A DNA stretch of 64,000 bases from Alphaproteobacteria bacterium (GCA_030428565.1 JAUIDR010000001.1:82431-146430), one strand, 5' to 3'; positions 50,790-61,407 are shown, numbered from the stretch's first letter. The notes: generated by a model from the sequence alone, not told the origin. Numbers and translations are program-made.

Positions 50790-51803
50790 TTAACGGAACG
50801 GAGGAGCGTACAGGATGCCGCCCTTTGTCCACAGCTGGTTCAAGCCACGCTCAAGGCCAACCGGAGTGTTGGGGCCTACGTTACGCTCGAAGATTTCGCC
50901 GTAGTTACCAACAGCAGCAATCGCACGGCCAAATGCGTCTGAATCCAGACCCAGTGAAGCAGCTTTGTCGCCTTCAGCGCCGACCAGACGACGGACTTCT
51001 GGGTCGCCTGAGTTCGCAGCATCAGCAACGCCAGCAGCAGTCAGGCCTTTTTCTTCAGCAATAACCAAAGAGTTCAGAGTCCAGCGAACGATGTCACCCC
51101 AAACGTTGTCGCCGTGGCGAACAACCGGGCCCAGAGGCTCTTTTGAGATGATTTCGGGCAGGATCACGTGCGCGGCAGGCTCTGCCATTTGCGAACGGTT
51201 GGCAGCCAGACCAGAAGCATCTGTTGTGAATACGTCACAACGGCCTGCTTCATAGTTCTGGTTGGTCTCGGCATTGGTCTCAACCACAACACCTTCATAG
51301 GACATGCCGTTAGAAGCGAAGTAGTCAGCCAGGTTCAGTTCTGTGGTGGTACCGGTGATCACACAGACAGACGCACCGTCCAGCTCCGACGCAGAGGTCA
51401 CGCCCAGATCTTTACGAACCATGAAGCCCTGACCGTCGTAGTAAGAAACGCCGGTGAACTCCAGGCCCAGGTCTACGTCGCGGGTGTAGGTCCAGGTGGT
51501 GTTGCGTGACAGAACGTCAATTTCACCAGATTGCAGCGCAGTGAAGCGCTCTTTAGATGTCAGCGGAACGAACTTGACGGCCTGGGGATCGTTGAGCGTC
51601 GCAGCTGCAACCGCGCGGCAGACATCAACGTCCAAACCTGTATAGTTACCGCTGTCATCAGCGATTGAGAAGCCAGCCACACCTGTTGACACGCCGCAGA
51701 TCAACTCTCCGCGCGCCTTAACGACATCCAGCGTCGAATCCTGCGCGAAAACAGAACCCGAAACCGCAACTGCCGCTGCTGTCATCAACATGATCTTTTT
51801 CAT
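50790..51803 (-). CDS. aapJ: General L-amino acid ABC transporter substrate-binding protein
   Basis: Signal peptide (MKKIMLMTAAAVAVSGSVFA) plus a type-2 periplasmic binding fold. Start at internal Met 49 of the listed ORF. Confidence 0.8.
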   Translation of the reverse strand: MKKIMLMTAAAVAVSGSVFAQDSTLDVVKARGELICGVSTGVAGFSIADDSGNYTGLDVDVCRAVAAATLNDPQAVKFVPLTSKERFTALQSGEIDVLSRNTTWTYTRDVDLGLEFTGVSYYDGQGFMVRKDLGVTSASELDGASVCVITGTTTELNLADYFASNGMSYEGVVVETNAETNQNYEAGRCDVFTTDASGLAANRSQMAEPAAHVILPEIISKEPLGPVVRHGDNVWGDIVRWTLNSLVIAEEKGLTAAGVADAANSGDPEVRRLVGAEGDKAASLGLDSDAFGRAIAAVGNYGEIFERNVGPNTPVGLERGLNQLWTKGGILYAPPFR

Positions 51804-52028
51804 GTCTCTACCTTTTTTTGTCTTATACAAAGTCGCAAAGCGACCATTGCAGGTCGCTTCAACGGAGCTACAAAAATGCATGTCAGGAGCCAAACGTAAA
51901 GATATTTCGTTATCCGCTGAAAATTTTCTGTTTAATTTTTCAGCCAAGCCCTTAGAACATGGCCGCCATGACAGTCATGCATAGCTGTCAACCCCATTTC
52001 CCGAACAAAGCCGAACTGCCTGCTACCT

Positions 52029-53306
52029 ATGCCAAAGCCAACAAATCAAACGGATTCGGCTACTGCTGCCACCCGCACAACTGACGCACGCCAAAGCAAA
52101 GCGAACCAAAGCGACGCCACCCTGCTCGCCCACCGCGCGCGGGGAAAACGCATGCCCGACACCCCGTTGGGCACCATAAACCCGCCCGTCTACCGCGCCT
52201 CCACCCTCACCTTCGACAGCTTTCAATCGCTGAGTACCATCAGCGGTGAGTTGCGCGCACAAGGAAAGAGCGGCTATGGGCGCGCGGGCAACGATAGCAT
52301 TTGGGCCTTTGAGGACATGCTGGCCGAATTGGATCATGCCGAAGGGGCGGTTGCGCTTGAATCGGGTTTGGCTGCCGTCACAATTACGTTAAGCGCGTTC
52401 GTTGCTGCGGGCGACCATTTGCTTGTCTCTGACAGCGTCTATGACCCCACGCGTCAGTTCTGCGATGGGGTTCTGGCGCGTTTCGGCGTCGAGACCAGTT
52501 ATTTCGATCCGCTCATTGACCCGGAGCAACTGCGCACGCTCATCCGGCCAAACACCAAGCTTCTTTATATGGAGAGCCCCGGCTCTTTGACCTTCGATGT
52601 GCAAGATTCCCCGGCGCTCGCCGCGGTCGCGCGCGAGGCAGGCGTGATTAGCGCCATCGACAACACCTGGGCCTCGCCGCTGAATTTCAAACCGCTCGAC
52701 CATGGCATCGACATCGCGGTTCAGGCGGGCACCAAGTATATTGTCGGGCACTCCGATGCCATGATGGGTGTCATCGCCGCCAGCGGCGAGACCTTGCTCA
52801 AACTGCGCAAACAGATGTATTTGACCGGCCATCGCTATGCGCCCGACGAGGCAGCTTTGGCCCTGCGCGGTCTGCGCACCATGGCGGTTCGCCTCCGCCA
52901 CCACCACCAGGCTGGCCTTGACATGGCGCGCTGGTTTGAGGCGCGGCCAGACGTTGCGGCGGTGCTGCACCCAGGCCTGGAAAGTCATCCCCAACACGCC
53001 ACCTACAAAGCCTTGTTTAAGGGCAGTTCGGGCCTGTTTAGCATCTTGCTGCAACCGGGCACGACGCCCGAGCAGGTGGCCGCCTTCGTTGATTGCCTGG
53101 AATACTTTTCCATGGGCTATTCTTGGGGAGGCTACGAATCGCTGGTCGTTCCGCAATATCCAGCGCGCTGTCGCACGGCGACAAGCTGGCCGCCCAGCGA
53201 GGCATGGTCTGGGCCGATGCTACGTTTTCATATTGGACTTGAAGACACGCAAGACCTAAAAGCAGATCTGGAAGGCGGCTTCGCGGCGTTAGCGGCGGCT
53301 GGTTAG
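52029..53306 (+). CDS. metC: Cystathionine beta-lyase (PLP-dependent Cys/Met metabolism family)
   Basis: N-terminal TLLAHRARG and the PLP-lysine region (AGTKYIVGHSDAMMG). Divergent neighbour of the aap operon, as in Rhizobiales. Start is uncertain. Confidence 0.7.
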   Translation: MPKPTNQTDSATAATRTTDARQSKANQSDATLLAHRARGKRMPDTPLGTINPPVYRASTLTFDSFQSLSTISGELRAQGKSGYGRAGNDSIWAFEDMLAELDHAEGAVALESGLAAVTITLSAFVAAGDHLLVSDSVYDPTRQFCDGVLARFGVETSYFDPLIDPEQLRTLIRPNTKLLYMESPGSLTFDVQDSPALAAVAREAGVISAIDNTWASPLNFKPLDHGIDIAVQAGTKYIVGHSDAMMGVIAASGETLLKLRKQMYLTGHRYAPDEAALALRGLRTMAVRLRHHHQAGLDMARWFEARPDVAAVLHPGLESHPQHATYKALFKGSSGLFSILLQPGTTPEQVAAFVDCLEYFSMGYSWGGYESLVVPQYPARCRTATSWPPSEAWSGPMLRFHIGLEDTQDLKADLEGGFAALAAAG

Positions 53307-53441
53307 TCCAACGGTTGGACGCCCCTGTGGACAAGTTATCACATTAGTTCATAAATCCAGCAGCTAAGGGTCGTTGCAAAATTTCGCCAAAAAGGGCAGC
53401 TATTTGGCGGCCTTTCTCACCCTCATCGCTCAAGAGATCAT

Positions 53442-53924
53442 ATGCGACACATTATTATTGCTCTAGCAGCTCTGCTGCTGGCTGGAACAGCCCAGGCAGG
53501 CACCAGCTTCAAGACCAAGTATTCCAGCATCGAACGCGTGCCTGGTGAATACAGCAACACCATCCAAAGCGGCGAGATGAAAGCCGTAATCGACCTTTCC
53601 GATCAAGAAATGTGCATTACACGCACAGATAAGCGCCAATTCTGCTGGAGCATTTCATCGGGGAAAAAGGGATATGAAACACCGACTGGCAGCTATCGCC
53701 CCACCCGCATTTATGAGCGCTATTTTTCAAAGACCTATGATGATGCGCCCATGCACTATGCCGTGTTCTTCCACGGTGGCTACGCCATTCACCAGTCTGT
53801 CGGCGGCCCTTCTGGCCCCGCCTCACACGGTTGCATTCGCCTGACGCCTTTGCAGGCGTACCGCTTCTACAACATGGTCCGCGCATATGGACCCAAGCGC
53901 ACCAAGATAGTCGTAAAAGACTAA
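53442..53924 (+). CDS. L,D-transpeptidase (YkuD domain) family protein
   Basis: Signal peptide plus the catalytic HGCIRLT motif. Confidence 0.7.
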   Translation: MRHIIIALAALLLAGTAQAGTSFKTKYSSIERVPGEYSNTIQSGEMKAVIDLSDQEMCITRTDKRQFCWSISSGKKGYETPTGSYRPTRIYERYFSKTYDDAPMHYAVFFHGGYAIHQSVGGPSGPASHGCIRLTPLQAYRFYNMVRAYGPKRTKIVVKD

Positions 53925-54048
53925 TATCAAGGGCGCATCGCTGCCCGCGGGACTGACCAAAGGATTTCTTGTGCTTTGAGCGCCTAGCAAATCTTGAGCG
54001 GTCATCGCGGTGCAGCGCTTGTCACGGTCTGCTACACGAATACGGACA

Positions 54049-54085
54049 CAAAAAAGGGGAGCCAGACGGCTCCCCTTTATTTTTG
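54049..54085. terminator. Bidirectional rho-independent terminator between the L,D-transpeptidase gene and rplT
   Basis: AAAAAAGGGGAGCC-AGAC-GGCTCCCCTTTATTTTTG: a hairpin with A-runs and T-runs on both sides. Confidence 0.6.
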
Positions 54086-54118
54086 CACCCCTGCCCTCAA
54101 ATCGGCAAGGAGATGGCC

Positions 54119-54568
54119 TTAGCCTTCGGCTTGAGCCGCCAGCTCAGCGCGGCTCAGGTTGCCAGATTCTTTACGCAGCTCTTCTGCGCGGGCGCGTGCA
54201 TCAGCGTTGTGCTTGTCCATGAAGTCTTTTGCCTTTTGAGCAATGGCAGCAAAGGCTTCGGCTTCGTGAACGGCCATGTCCGCCAGAACCTTGCGATCCA
54301 GCTCGATGCCCATGTGGTGCAAACCACCCATGAATTGGCTGTAGTTTAGACCGAAAGGACGCACACCAGCGTTGATACGCTGGATCCACAGACCACGCAT
54401 ATCGCGCTTGCGAGCGCGGCGGTCGCGGTAAGCATACTGCTGGTTCTTTTCAACGCGCTGGCGAGCAACACGAATGGTATTGGCCTGACGACCGCGCGCA
54501 CCGCGGGCGAGCTTCAGGACGGCTTTGTGGCGAGCGTGTGAGGTGACGCCGCGTTTAACTCTTGCCAT
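54119..54568 (-). CDS. rplT: 50S ribosomal protein L20, with a ~30-aa C-terminal extension
   Basis: [21 protein letters not shown]...[23 protein letters not shown] is canonical L20. At 149 aa it is longer than the usual ~118 aa. Confidence 0.85.
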   Translation of the reverse strand: MARVKRGVTSHARHKAVLKLARGARGRQANTIRVARQRVEKNQQYAYRDRRARKRDMRGLWIQRINAGVRPFGLNYSQFMGGLHHMGIELDRKVLADMAVHEAEAFAAIAQKAKDFMDKHNADARARAEELRKESGNLSRAELAAQAEG

Positions 54569-54586
54569 GTCGTACTTCCTCTTCGC

Positions 54587-54787
54587 TTAACGGTGATAAG
54601 GCATGTAAACGCGCAGCAAGATAGAATCGCAGGCTTTGACGATTTCAGATCCGCGAGTTTGGCGTTTCATTTTTTGAGAACGACGACGCAGCATGTGGCG
54701 TTTGTTCGCCGGACGCATGCGGAATTTGCCGCTGGCGGTGGTGGTGAAGCGCTTCTTCGCCGCCGCCTTGGTCTTCATCTTAGGCAT
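54587..54787 (-). CDS. rpmI: 50S ribosomal protein L35
   Basis: MPKMKTKAAAKKRFTTTASGKFRMRPANKRHMLRRRSQKMKRQTRG. Start at the internal Met of the listed 118-aa ORF. Confidence 0.85.
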   Translation of the reverse strand: MPKMKTKAAAKKRFTTTASGKFRMRPANKRHMLRRRSQKMKRQTRGSEIVKACDSILLRVYMPYHR

Positions 54788-54924
54788 TTTGATCTCCATT
54801 TTTCGAAGGAAAACTGCGTTGACGGGCATGCCTTTTTGGCCCGCCGAACGGCAAGGAAAACTGGGTATAGACAAGGCCCCATTAATTTGCAAGCACTGAC
54901 GCGAACACAAGGGGGGATGACCGC

Positions 54925-55476
54925 ATGGAAATTTCTGGCTCATACTTTATCGCCGCCGACAAACAGACGGTTTGGCAAGCGCTCAACGACGCTGACGTTC
55001 TGCGTGCCTGCGTGCCAGGCTGCGAAAGCTTGGAGCAAACCAGCGACACCGAGTTCGAAGCCGTGGCTGCGGTAAAAGTTGGCCCGGTGAAAGCCAAATT
55101 CAAGGGCAGCGTGACACTAGAAGACCTGAACCCTCCGCATTCTTATACCATCACCGGCAGCGGCAAAGGCGGCATTGCGGGCTTCGCAAGCGGCCAGGCC
55201 GAGGTCAAGCTGGCAGAAGCGCAAGATGAAGACGCGCGCGATGGCACCCAGCTCAGCTATGTCGTTGATGCCAAGGTGGGTGGCAAGCTGGCGCAAATCG
55301 GCGGGCGCCTCATTCAAGGCACGGCCAAGAAGCTGGCGGACGAGTTTTTCGAAGCCTTTCGCACCGAAGTGACTGGTGAAGCGGTGATTGGCGAGGAAGT
55401 GACTGGCGAGGAGGTGACTGGCGAGGAGGTGACTGGCGAGGAAGCGAGCGACGAGACCGAGACACAAGCGCAATAG
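54925..55476 (+). CDS. SRPBCC / CoxG-family (carbon monoxide dehydrogenase subunit G-like) protein with a C-terminal GEEVT repeat tail
   Basis: CoxG-like N-terminus (MEISGSYFIAADKQTVWQALNDADVLRACVPGCESLEQ). The C-terminus carries (GEEVT)n encoded by a 15-bp tandem repeat. Confidence 0.6.
   Translation: MEISGSYFIAADKQTVWQALNDADVLRACVPGCESLEQTSDTEFEAVAAVKVGPVKAKFKGSVTLEDLNPPHSYTITGSGKGGIAGFASGQAEVKLAEAQDEDARDGTQLSYVVDAKVGGKLAQIGGRLIQGTAKKLADEFFEAFRTEVTGEAVIGEEVTGEEVTGEEVTGEEASDETETQAQ
55366..55455 (+). repeat. In-frame 15-bp tandem repeat (GARGTGACTGGCGAG, about 6 copies) inside the CoxG-like gene
   Basis: Read directly; encodes EVTGE pentapeptide repeats. Confidence 0.6.
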
Positions 55477-55519
55477 CCTGCGCCCTGCCCTCACTCAGTC
55501 CTTGCTTTGAGCTATTTTC

Positions 55520-56254
55520 GTGTTTGCAAACCTGCCGCTTCCCTTCTCTATGATCGCCTTGCAGGGCCTGGATGGCGCTTTGACGGCGTACCAGGTTCGC
55601 CGCGCCGCTTGGGGGGCCGACAGCCCCTATGAGGCATTGGCGCACGAGACCTTGGCCGATGCCCTGCCGGCGCGTTTTGACACCCTGTCGTATATGCAAA
55701 AAGGGGATGAGGCGCTCATCGTCTGCGAGGCACTGAGCCTTGGCTTGGTCTCCTGGCGAGAAAAGGGCACCAAGGACGCTGAGGGCACCAATGGAGCCCG
55801 GGCTGCACTGGGTAATGATCTGGGCAATAATCTGGGCGATGATCCATTCGAGGCGCTGGACGAACTCCTGCCCGCTCAACACTTAAGGGTCGCTCACTTC
55901 GATCCCGTGCAGGGCGACATTGGCCTGTTGTTCGCCGAGGACGGTGTTCTAAAGCGCCGCCTCTACGTGAACACAGACGAACCCGCGCATTCGATCTCAA
56001 CCGGAATCTTGGATGCCCACGAGCAACATTTGTGGGAAGCGAGCGATCTTGACGGCCTTGAGAGCGCAGAGGCGCTTCGCGAACATTTATCGGCCTTGCA
56101 AGCGGACGGGCAGGATCATTTACAAATCGTGCTCACATCTCTGCTCGCAAATCGCCTACGGTTTAGCTTTTGTCTAGACCTTCTGAACCCGTCGGGTGCC
56201 ATTTGGGCCGAGTCTGTGGCTAGTTTTTGTCTAGACGAAGACGATTCTCAGTAG
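55520..56254 (+). CDS. Hypothetical acidic cytoplasmic protein (244 aa), no recognisable family
   Basis: High GC3 codon bias consistent with coding. No TM segment or signal peptide, and the start codon is uncertain. Confidence 0.35.
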   Translation: MFANLPLPFSMIALQGLDGALTAYQVRRAAWGADSPYEALAHETLADALPARFDTLSYMQKGDEALIVCEALSLGLVSWREKGTKDAEGTNGARAALGNDLGNNLGDDPFEALDELLPAQHLRVAHFDPVQGDIGLLFAEDGVLKRRLYVNTDEPAHSISTGILDAHEQHLWEASDLDGLESAEALREHLSALQADGQDHLQIVLTSLLANRLRFSFCLDLLNPSGAIWAESVASFCLDEDDSQ

Positions 56255-56328
56255 GGCCTGCCACATTTTCGAACAACCCTGCGACGATTAGGCTTGCCAA
56301 GCCCCAACTTGCCCCGCAGAGTTTGGGC

Positions 56329-57000
56329 ATGAGAGCATCATTGACTTCCTGGGAACATTCTTCGTTCGGCAATTTTGATGGCGGGGACGAAGAATTCGCG
56401 AACATGGTGACACACGCAGTCGGCGTGGTTTTGTCGATCATCGCGCTCATATCCTTAACCATTGTCGGCGCAATTTATGGCACGCCTGAAGGCCTGATCG
56501 GCGGCGTGGTCTTTGGCATCAGTTTGATCTTGGCCTATACGGCGTCGACCTTGCTGCACCTGCCCTGGATACAGCCGGTAAAGATGATGTTCTTGGCGGT
56601 CGATCAGTCCATGATTTTCGCGCTGATCGCTGGCACCTATACGCCCGTTTTGTTGCTGTCGCTCGAGCCCGTCGCGGCCATGACCCTGTTGGCCGTTATC
56701 TGGTCGCTGGCGATCATTGGAATCATTTTGCGCCTGACCTTTTTCGACCCCAATAGCCTGGTGTTGACGGGCCTCTATTTGGCCATCGGCTGGTTAGGTA
56801 TCTTCTGGGTCTATTCGGTCATCGCCGCGCTGGGATGGTGGACCGTGGCACTGCTGTTTGCTGGTGGCGTTATGTACAGCGGTGGCGTGGTGTTCTACCT
56901 CTGGCGCTCGCTGCGCTACAACCATGCCATCTGGCATCTTTTCGTGCTGGCGGGCAGCGCCCTGCACTTCTGGGCCATCTTCAGCATCATTGGTCGCTAA
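56329..57000 (+). CDS. Hemolysin III / PAQR family 7-TM membrane protein
   Basis: 7 predicted TMs and a conserved C-terminal HAIWHLFVL (HxxxH) motif. Start at MRASL. Confidence 0.7.
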   Translation: MRASLTSWEHSSFGNFDGGDEEFANMVTHAVGVVLSIIALISLTIVGAIYGTPEGLIGGVVFGISLILAYTASTLLHLPWIQPVKMMFLAVDQSMIFALIAGTYTPVLLLSLEPVAAMTLLAVIWSLAIIGIILRLTFFDPNSLVLTGLYLAIGWLGIFWVYSVIAALGWWTVALLFAGGVMYSGGVVFYLWRSLRYNHAIWHLFVLAGSALHFWAIFSIIGR

Positions 57001-57204
57001 AAACAGGCCACAAGAAGACCGCAGCCAGATTGCAATGCTAGCGCGCTTGGATCGAAGAAGGGCTAGAGCGTCGGGCGCCGGTGCTGCAACAGCCCATCCG
57101 CTCTAGCTGACTGAATTCTAACGCAAATCCATGCTCACTCACGTTGTCGTTCGTTCGTGGCTTGCGCTAACCTGGCCGCGCTAACACCCAGGCCGTCAAA
57201 GTGC

Positions 57205-57789
57205 CTAGCGATCTATCAAGGCGCGATCTTCGATGAATTTGAATGCCTTGCTAAATCCGATCAAAGAAAACCGAATTGTCTCCTCGCGCCCATCGACGAA
57301 GCGATAGGACACCCTAAGGCCATTGTGCGCCTTCATGTCCTTGACGGCCTCGCCGACCGCCACAGGGTCGGTCAGCCACCATTCGTTGAGCGTGTTCTTG
57401 GTCACTAGGTCCGCGACGCTCAGCGTCACAGGCGGCGCGCCGTCAAATCGCAGCTCCAGCTGGCTGCCAGGTGCCAAATCTTCCCAATAGACCGCAAACC
57501 TCAGGCTCACTGCTCCGGTGTCACGATGGCGATAGACCGCCAACTGGTGGCGGCGCGCAAATTCATAGGTCGCCCCAGCAAAAGTTGTGGCCCAACAGCT
57601 GGTCGAGTAGTCGCTCTCGCTCGGTTTGGGCTTGATGGGACAGACCGACAGCCAGTGCTTATTGTATTCGCGCCATTCATTAAAACGATGCCGGAAGGGC
57701 TTGGCCTCTGCCGAACTGGTTGTCAAAAGAGCGACCACAACGGCCAACGGCAGGACTTTGACAAGCGATGCACGCATAAGGGCCTCCAC
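57205..57789 (-). CDS. Invasion-associated locus B (IalB) family periplasmic protein
   Basis: Signal peptide plus about 170 aa IalB-like domain (YEFARRHQLAVYRHRDTGAVSLRFAVYWEDLAPGSQLELRFDGAPP). Confidence 0.6.
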   Translation of the reverse strand: MEALMRASLVKVLPLAVVVALLTTSSAEAKPFRHRFNEWREYNKHWLSVCPIKPKPSESDYSTSCWATTFAGATYEFARRHQLAVYRHRDTGAVSLRFAVYWEDLAPGSQLELRFDGAPPVTLSVADLVTKNTLNEWWLTDPVAVGEAVKDMKAHNGLRVSYRFVDGREETIRFSLIGFSKAFKFIEDRALIDR

Positions 57790-57821
57790 ATCAAGCCCAG
57801 GGCAAGGGCCGCCAAGCTCGA

Positions 57822-57863
57822 GACAAAAAGAAAAGGGGAGAGGCCGAACGCCCCTCCCCTTCT
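57822..57863 (-). terminator. Rho-independent terminator downstream of pheT
   Basis: GGGGAGAGGC-CGAAC-GCCCCTCCCC hairpin, followed on the minus strand by a T-rich run. Confidence 0.5.
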
Positions 57864-57913
57864 AAATGGAGACGACAAGCCAGCAATTGCGTGCTGTCTG
57901 CCAATCACACGCT

Positions 57914-60331
57914 CTAAGAGCGTAGTTCTGCGCCTGTTGCCTTCATCACCAGCGCAATAATCTTCTGGCACACGGCTTCAATCTGCTCGTCGGTCATAGA
58001 CGCTTTGACGGGCTGAAGCGTCACTGTGATCGCCAGTGACTTTTTGCCTTCAGCCATGCCTTGGCCTTGGTAGACATCGAATAACTGCACATCGGTAATC
58101 AGCGCCTTATCCGCACCCTTGGCCGCTCGGATCAAGGTTTGCGCTTCCACCGCTTCATCCATCACAAACGCAAAGTCACGCGTGATGGGGTTGAATGGCG
58201 ATGGTGAGTAGGCCGGGCGCGAGGCACCAGATTTACGCTTGGGCTTGGGCAGAGCGTCGATAAAGACCTCAAAGCCGACGGCGCGCGACTTCACGTCCAG
58301 CGCCTTTAGAACCTTGGGGTGCAGTTCACCGAAGTGCGCAAGTACCGTCTTGGGGCCAAGCGTAATGACGCCTGAACGGCCCGGGTGATACCAGCCCGGC
58401 GCAGGGCTTGCGACTTGCAAATTGGCCGTCGGCATGCCCAAGGCTTCCAAGGCCGCCATAGCATCGGCTTTGGCGTCGAAAACATCCCAAGCAGCGCCTT
58501 CGCCACTCCAGTGCTTGCCATGCTCTTGGCCACTGCGAACGCCCGCAATGGCTTGGTGTTCTTGTTCGGGTGCAACGCCGGTGAAAATGGCGCCTTGCTC
58601 GAATAAATTGACGGATGTGAAGGAGCGGTTGGCATTGCGCGCAGCAGCCATCAGAAGATTGATCAGCAGCGACGGGCGCATCTCGTCCAGTTCAGAGATG
58701 ATGGGGTTGGCAATCCGCAGTTCCTGAACGCCACCGCCGAACATGGGCGCAAACTGAGACGAAGTGAAGGACCAGGTCACACACTCATGCATGCCGCGCG
58801 CCGCCATCGCGCGCTTGGCCGCCGAACGCTTGAGCTGTTGATCGTTGAGCGCACGCGCCGGGAACACGCTGGGACGTGGCAGGCTGACCGCTGGGATTTT
58901 GTCATAGCCGTGGATCCGCAAGATTTCCTCAACGAAGTCCCACTGGCGGTCAATGTCCGGTCGAGACAAGGGCACGGTGACCTTAAGCGCATCACCGTCG
59001 CCAGCGACCTCAAAGCCCAGGCGCTGCAGAATCGCAACACCATCTTCGCGAGTCAGATCAACGCCGCCGTTGCTCTTAACCAAGCCATAGTCAAAGTCCA
59101 GCGCCTTACGCTCGCTCGGGATTTCGCCCGCCAAAATCAGGTCGGACGCCTGACCGCCGCACATATCCAAGATGTACTGGGTGGCAATCTCCATCCCCTC
59201 CAGCGTTGTCGAAGGATCGACACCGCGCTCAAAGCGGTAGCGGGCATCGCTGTTGACCTGCAACTTGCGTCCAGTACGGGCGATGTTGACCGGGTTCCAC
59301 AGCGCCGCTTCAACGACGACATCGACGGTATCATCCGAACAGCCCGATTCTTCGCCGCCCATAATGCCCGCGATCGACTCAACGCCGCGATCATCAGCAA
59401 TCACGGTCATGAGTTCATCGAATTGGTAGGTCTTTTCGTCCAGCGCCAACAGCTCTTCGCCGGGCTTAGCCTGACGAACAACCAGGTTGCCTTGCACCTT
59501 GCCCGCATCAAACACGTGCATGGGCCGAGCCTGATCGAAAGTTATCCAGTTGGTGACATCCACCAGCGCCGAAATCGGACGTAGACCGATAGCCTCTAGT
59601 TTCTTTTGCATCCAGACCGGTGACGGGCCGTTCTTGACGCCCTTGATAATGCGGTAGGCAAAAGCCGGGCAGTTTTCGGGCGTCTCAATGCTCACGCTAA
59701 GGCCGGGCGCACCTGTCGTCGCGCCGGCAAAAGCTGTCCGGTTCTCCTTCAAGCGCCCCAACCCGGCGGCGGCCAGGTCACGGGCGACACCGCGCACGCC
59801 CAAAGCATCGGGGCGGTTCGGGGTGACGTTGATCTCAATCACCGGATCATCCAAATCGCTACGATAAGCAATAAAGTCCTGGCCGACCGGGGCATCTTCT
59901 GCCAACTCGATGATACCGTCATGATCATCGCCTAGACCCATTTCGGCGTTGGAGCACATCATGCCTTGGCTCTCAGTGCCGCGAATCTTACCAATCTTGA
60001 TCGTAATGGGCTCGCCCTTGTCGTCGGGCAACGGCATGACCGTGCCGGGCGTCGCCAGCACCACCTTGATACCCGCGCGGGCGTTGGGGGCACCACAAAT
60101 GACCTGACGTAGATCAGCGCTGCCGTCGCTGACCTGGCAAATCCGCAGCTTGTCCGCGTCCGGGTGCTGCTCTGCGGCCACCACTTCGGCCACTTTAAAG
60201 CCCTGATACTTGTCCGCCGGACGCTCCAGGTCTTCCAATTCCAGACCGATAGCGGTCAACTTGGCGACGATCTCGTCCAAGCTTGCATCGGTATCCAAAT
60301 GCTCTTTGAGCCAACTTAACGTGAATTTCAT
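57914..60331 (-). CDS. pheT: Phenylalanine-tRNA ligase beta subunit
   Basis: [15 protein letters not shown]-terminus and B3/4, B5 and FDX-ACB domain order, about 805 aa. Start at the internal Met of the listed ORF. Confidence 0.9.
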   Translation of the reverse strand: MKFTLSWLKEHLDTDASLDEIVAKLTAIGLELEDLERPADKYQGFKVAEVVAAEQHPDADKLRICQVSDGSADLRQVICGAPNARAGIKVVLATPGTVMPLPDDKGEPITIKIGKIRGTESQGMMCSNAEMGLGDDHDGIIELAEDAPVGQDFIAYRSDLDDPVIEINVTPNRPDALGVRGVARDLAAAGLGRLKENRTAFAGATTGAPGLSVSIETPENCPAFAYRIIKGVKNGPSPVWMQKKLEAIGLRPISALVDVTNWITFDQARPMHVFDAGKVQGNLVVRQAKPGEELLALDEKTYQFDELMTVIADDRGVESIAGIMGGEESGCSDDTVDVVVEAALWNPVNIARTGRKLQVNSDARYRFERGVDPSTTLEGMEIATQYILDMCGGQASDLILAGEIPSERKALDFDYGLVKSNGGVDLTREDGVAILQRLGFEVAGDGDALKVTVPLSRPDIDRQWDFVEEILRIHGYDKIPAVSLPRPSVFPARALNDQQLKRSAAKRAMAARGMHECVTWSFTSSQFAPMFGGGVQELRIANPIISELDEMRPSLLINLLMAAARNANRSFTSVNLFEQGAIFTGVAPEQEHQAIAGVRSGQEHGKHWSGEGAAWDVFDAKADAMAALEALGMPTANLQVASPAPGWYHPGRSGVITLGPKTVLAHFGELHPKVLKALDVKSRAVGFEVFIDALPKPKRKSGASRPAYSPSPFNPITRDFAFVMDEAVEAQTLIRAAKGADKALITDVQLFDVYQGQGMAEGKKSLAITVTLQPVKASMTDEQIEAVCQKIIALVMKATGAELRS

Positions 60332-61407
60332 GCGTGCAGCCCCCGAACCATAGAGGGAATCAAAAGCGGATCGAAGGCGTAGTGGCGCAGCCAACGAACG
60401 TCAGAATCAAAGTAGGGGCGCAGGTCGGGCATGCCGTACTTCAACATAGACAAGCGCTCGACGCCCATGCCGAAGGCAAAGCCTTGGTATTTGCTGCTGT
60501 CGATGCCGCAGTTTTCCAAAACCCGGCTGTTGACCATGCCACAGCCCAGGATTTCCATCCACTTATCGCCCTGGCCGATCTTCAGCTCGCCATTCACCAC
60601 CTCATAGCCAATATCGACCTCAGCGCTGGGCTCCGTGAAGGGGAAATAAGACGGGCGCAGTTGGATTTTGACCTCATCGACCTCAAAATAGGCCGCCAGG
60701 AAGTCCATCAGCACGCCTTTCAGGTGGCCCATGTGCGCGGTCTCGTCGATGACGAGCCCCTCAATCTGGTGGAACATGGGCGTGTGCGTGGCGTCATAGT
60801 CCGAACGGAAAGTGCGCCCCGGGCAAATGATGCGGATCGGCGGCGCTTGGCTCAACATGGTGCGCACCTGGACCGGCGATGTGTGGGTGCGCAGGACAAG
60901 CGAGCCCGCGTCTCCGCTGTGGCCGTGCATATAGAAAGTATCTTGCATCTGGCGCGCGGGGTGATCGGTCGGGATATTGAGGTCGTCGAAGCAGTATTTG
61001 TCGGTCTCGATTTCCGGGCCTTCTGCGACGGCAAATCCCATTTCACCGAAAATGGCGATGGCCTCGTCCATGACCTGGCTGATGGGGTGGATCGAGCCCT
61101 TGGCAGTCGGGCGCACGGGCTGGGTCACATCCACCACTTCGCGCGCTAGCTGCTCGTTGAGCGCCGCCTCTTCCAATGCGGCCTTACGTTGGTCCAGAGC
61201 CGAGGCGATCTCGTCCTTGACCAAATTGGCCTCTTGACCAAAAGCTTTGCGCGCTTCGGGCTCCATCTTGCCCATGGTTTTCATGAGGGCGGTGATAGCG
61301 CCCTTTTTGCCGAGGGCGGAGACCCGCACTTCGTCAAGGGTCGCCAGGGTGCTTGCGGCCTGGATGGCGGCAAGCGTATCGGTTCTGAGTGTCTGTAAGT
61401 CGCTCAT
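60328..61407 (-). CDS. pheS: Phenylalanine-tRNA ligase alpha subunit
   Basis: Class II aaRS motifs ([30 protein letters not shown]). The stop overlaps the pheT start by 4 nt. Confidence 0.9.
   Translation of the reverse strand: MSDLQTLRTDTLAAIQAASTLATLDEVRVSALGKKGAITALMKTMGKMEPEARKAFGQEANLVKDEIASALDQRKAALEEAALNEQLAREVVDVTQPVRPTAKGSIHPISQVMDEAIAIFGEMGFAVAEGPEIETDKYCFDDLNIPTDHPARQMQDTFYMHGHSGDAGSLVLRTHTSPVQVRTMLSQAPPIRIICPGRTFRSDYDATHTPMFHQIEGLVIDETAHMGHLKGVLMDFLAAYFEVDEVKIQLRPSYFPFTEPSAEVDIGYEVVNGELKIGQGDKWMEILGCGMVNSRVLENCGIDSSKYQGFAFGMGVERLSMLKYGMPDLRPYFDSDVRWLRHYAFDPLLIPSMVRGLHA

Noticed and set aside
58787-59584. 265-aa + strand ORF
   Set aside because: It is antisense to pheT and is a shadow ORF.
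60334-61149. 271-aa + strand ORF
   Set aside because: It is antisense to pheS and is a shadow ORF.
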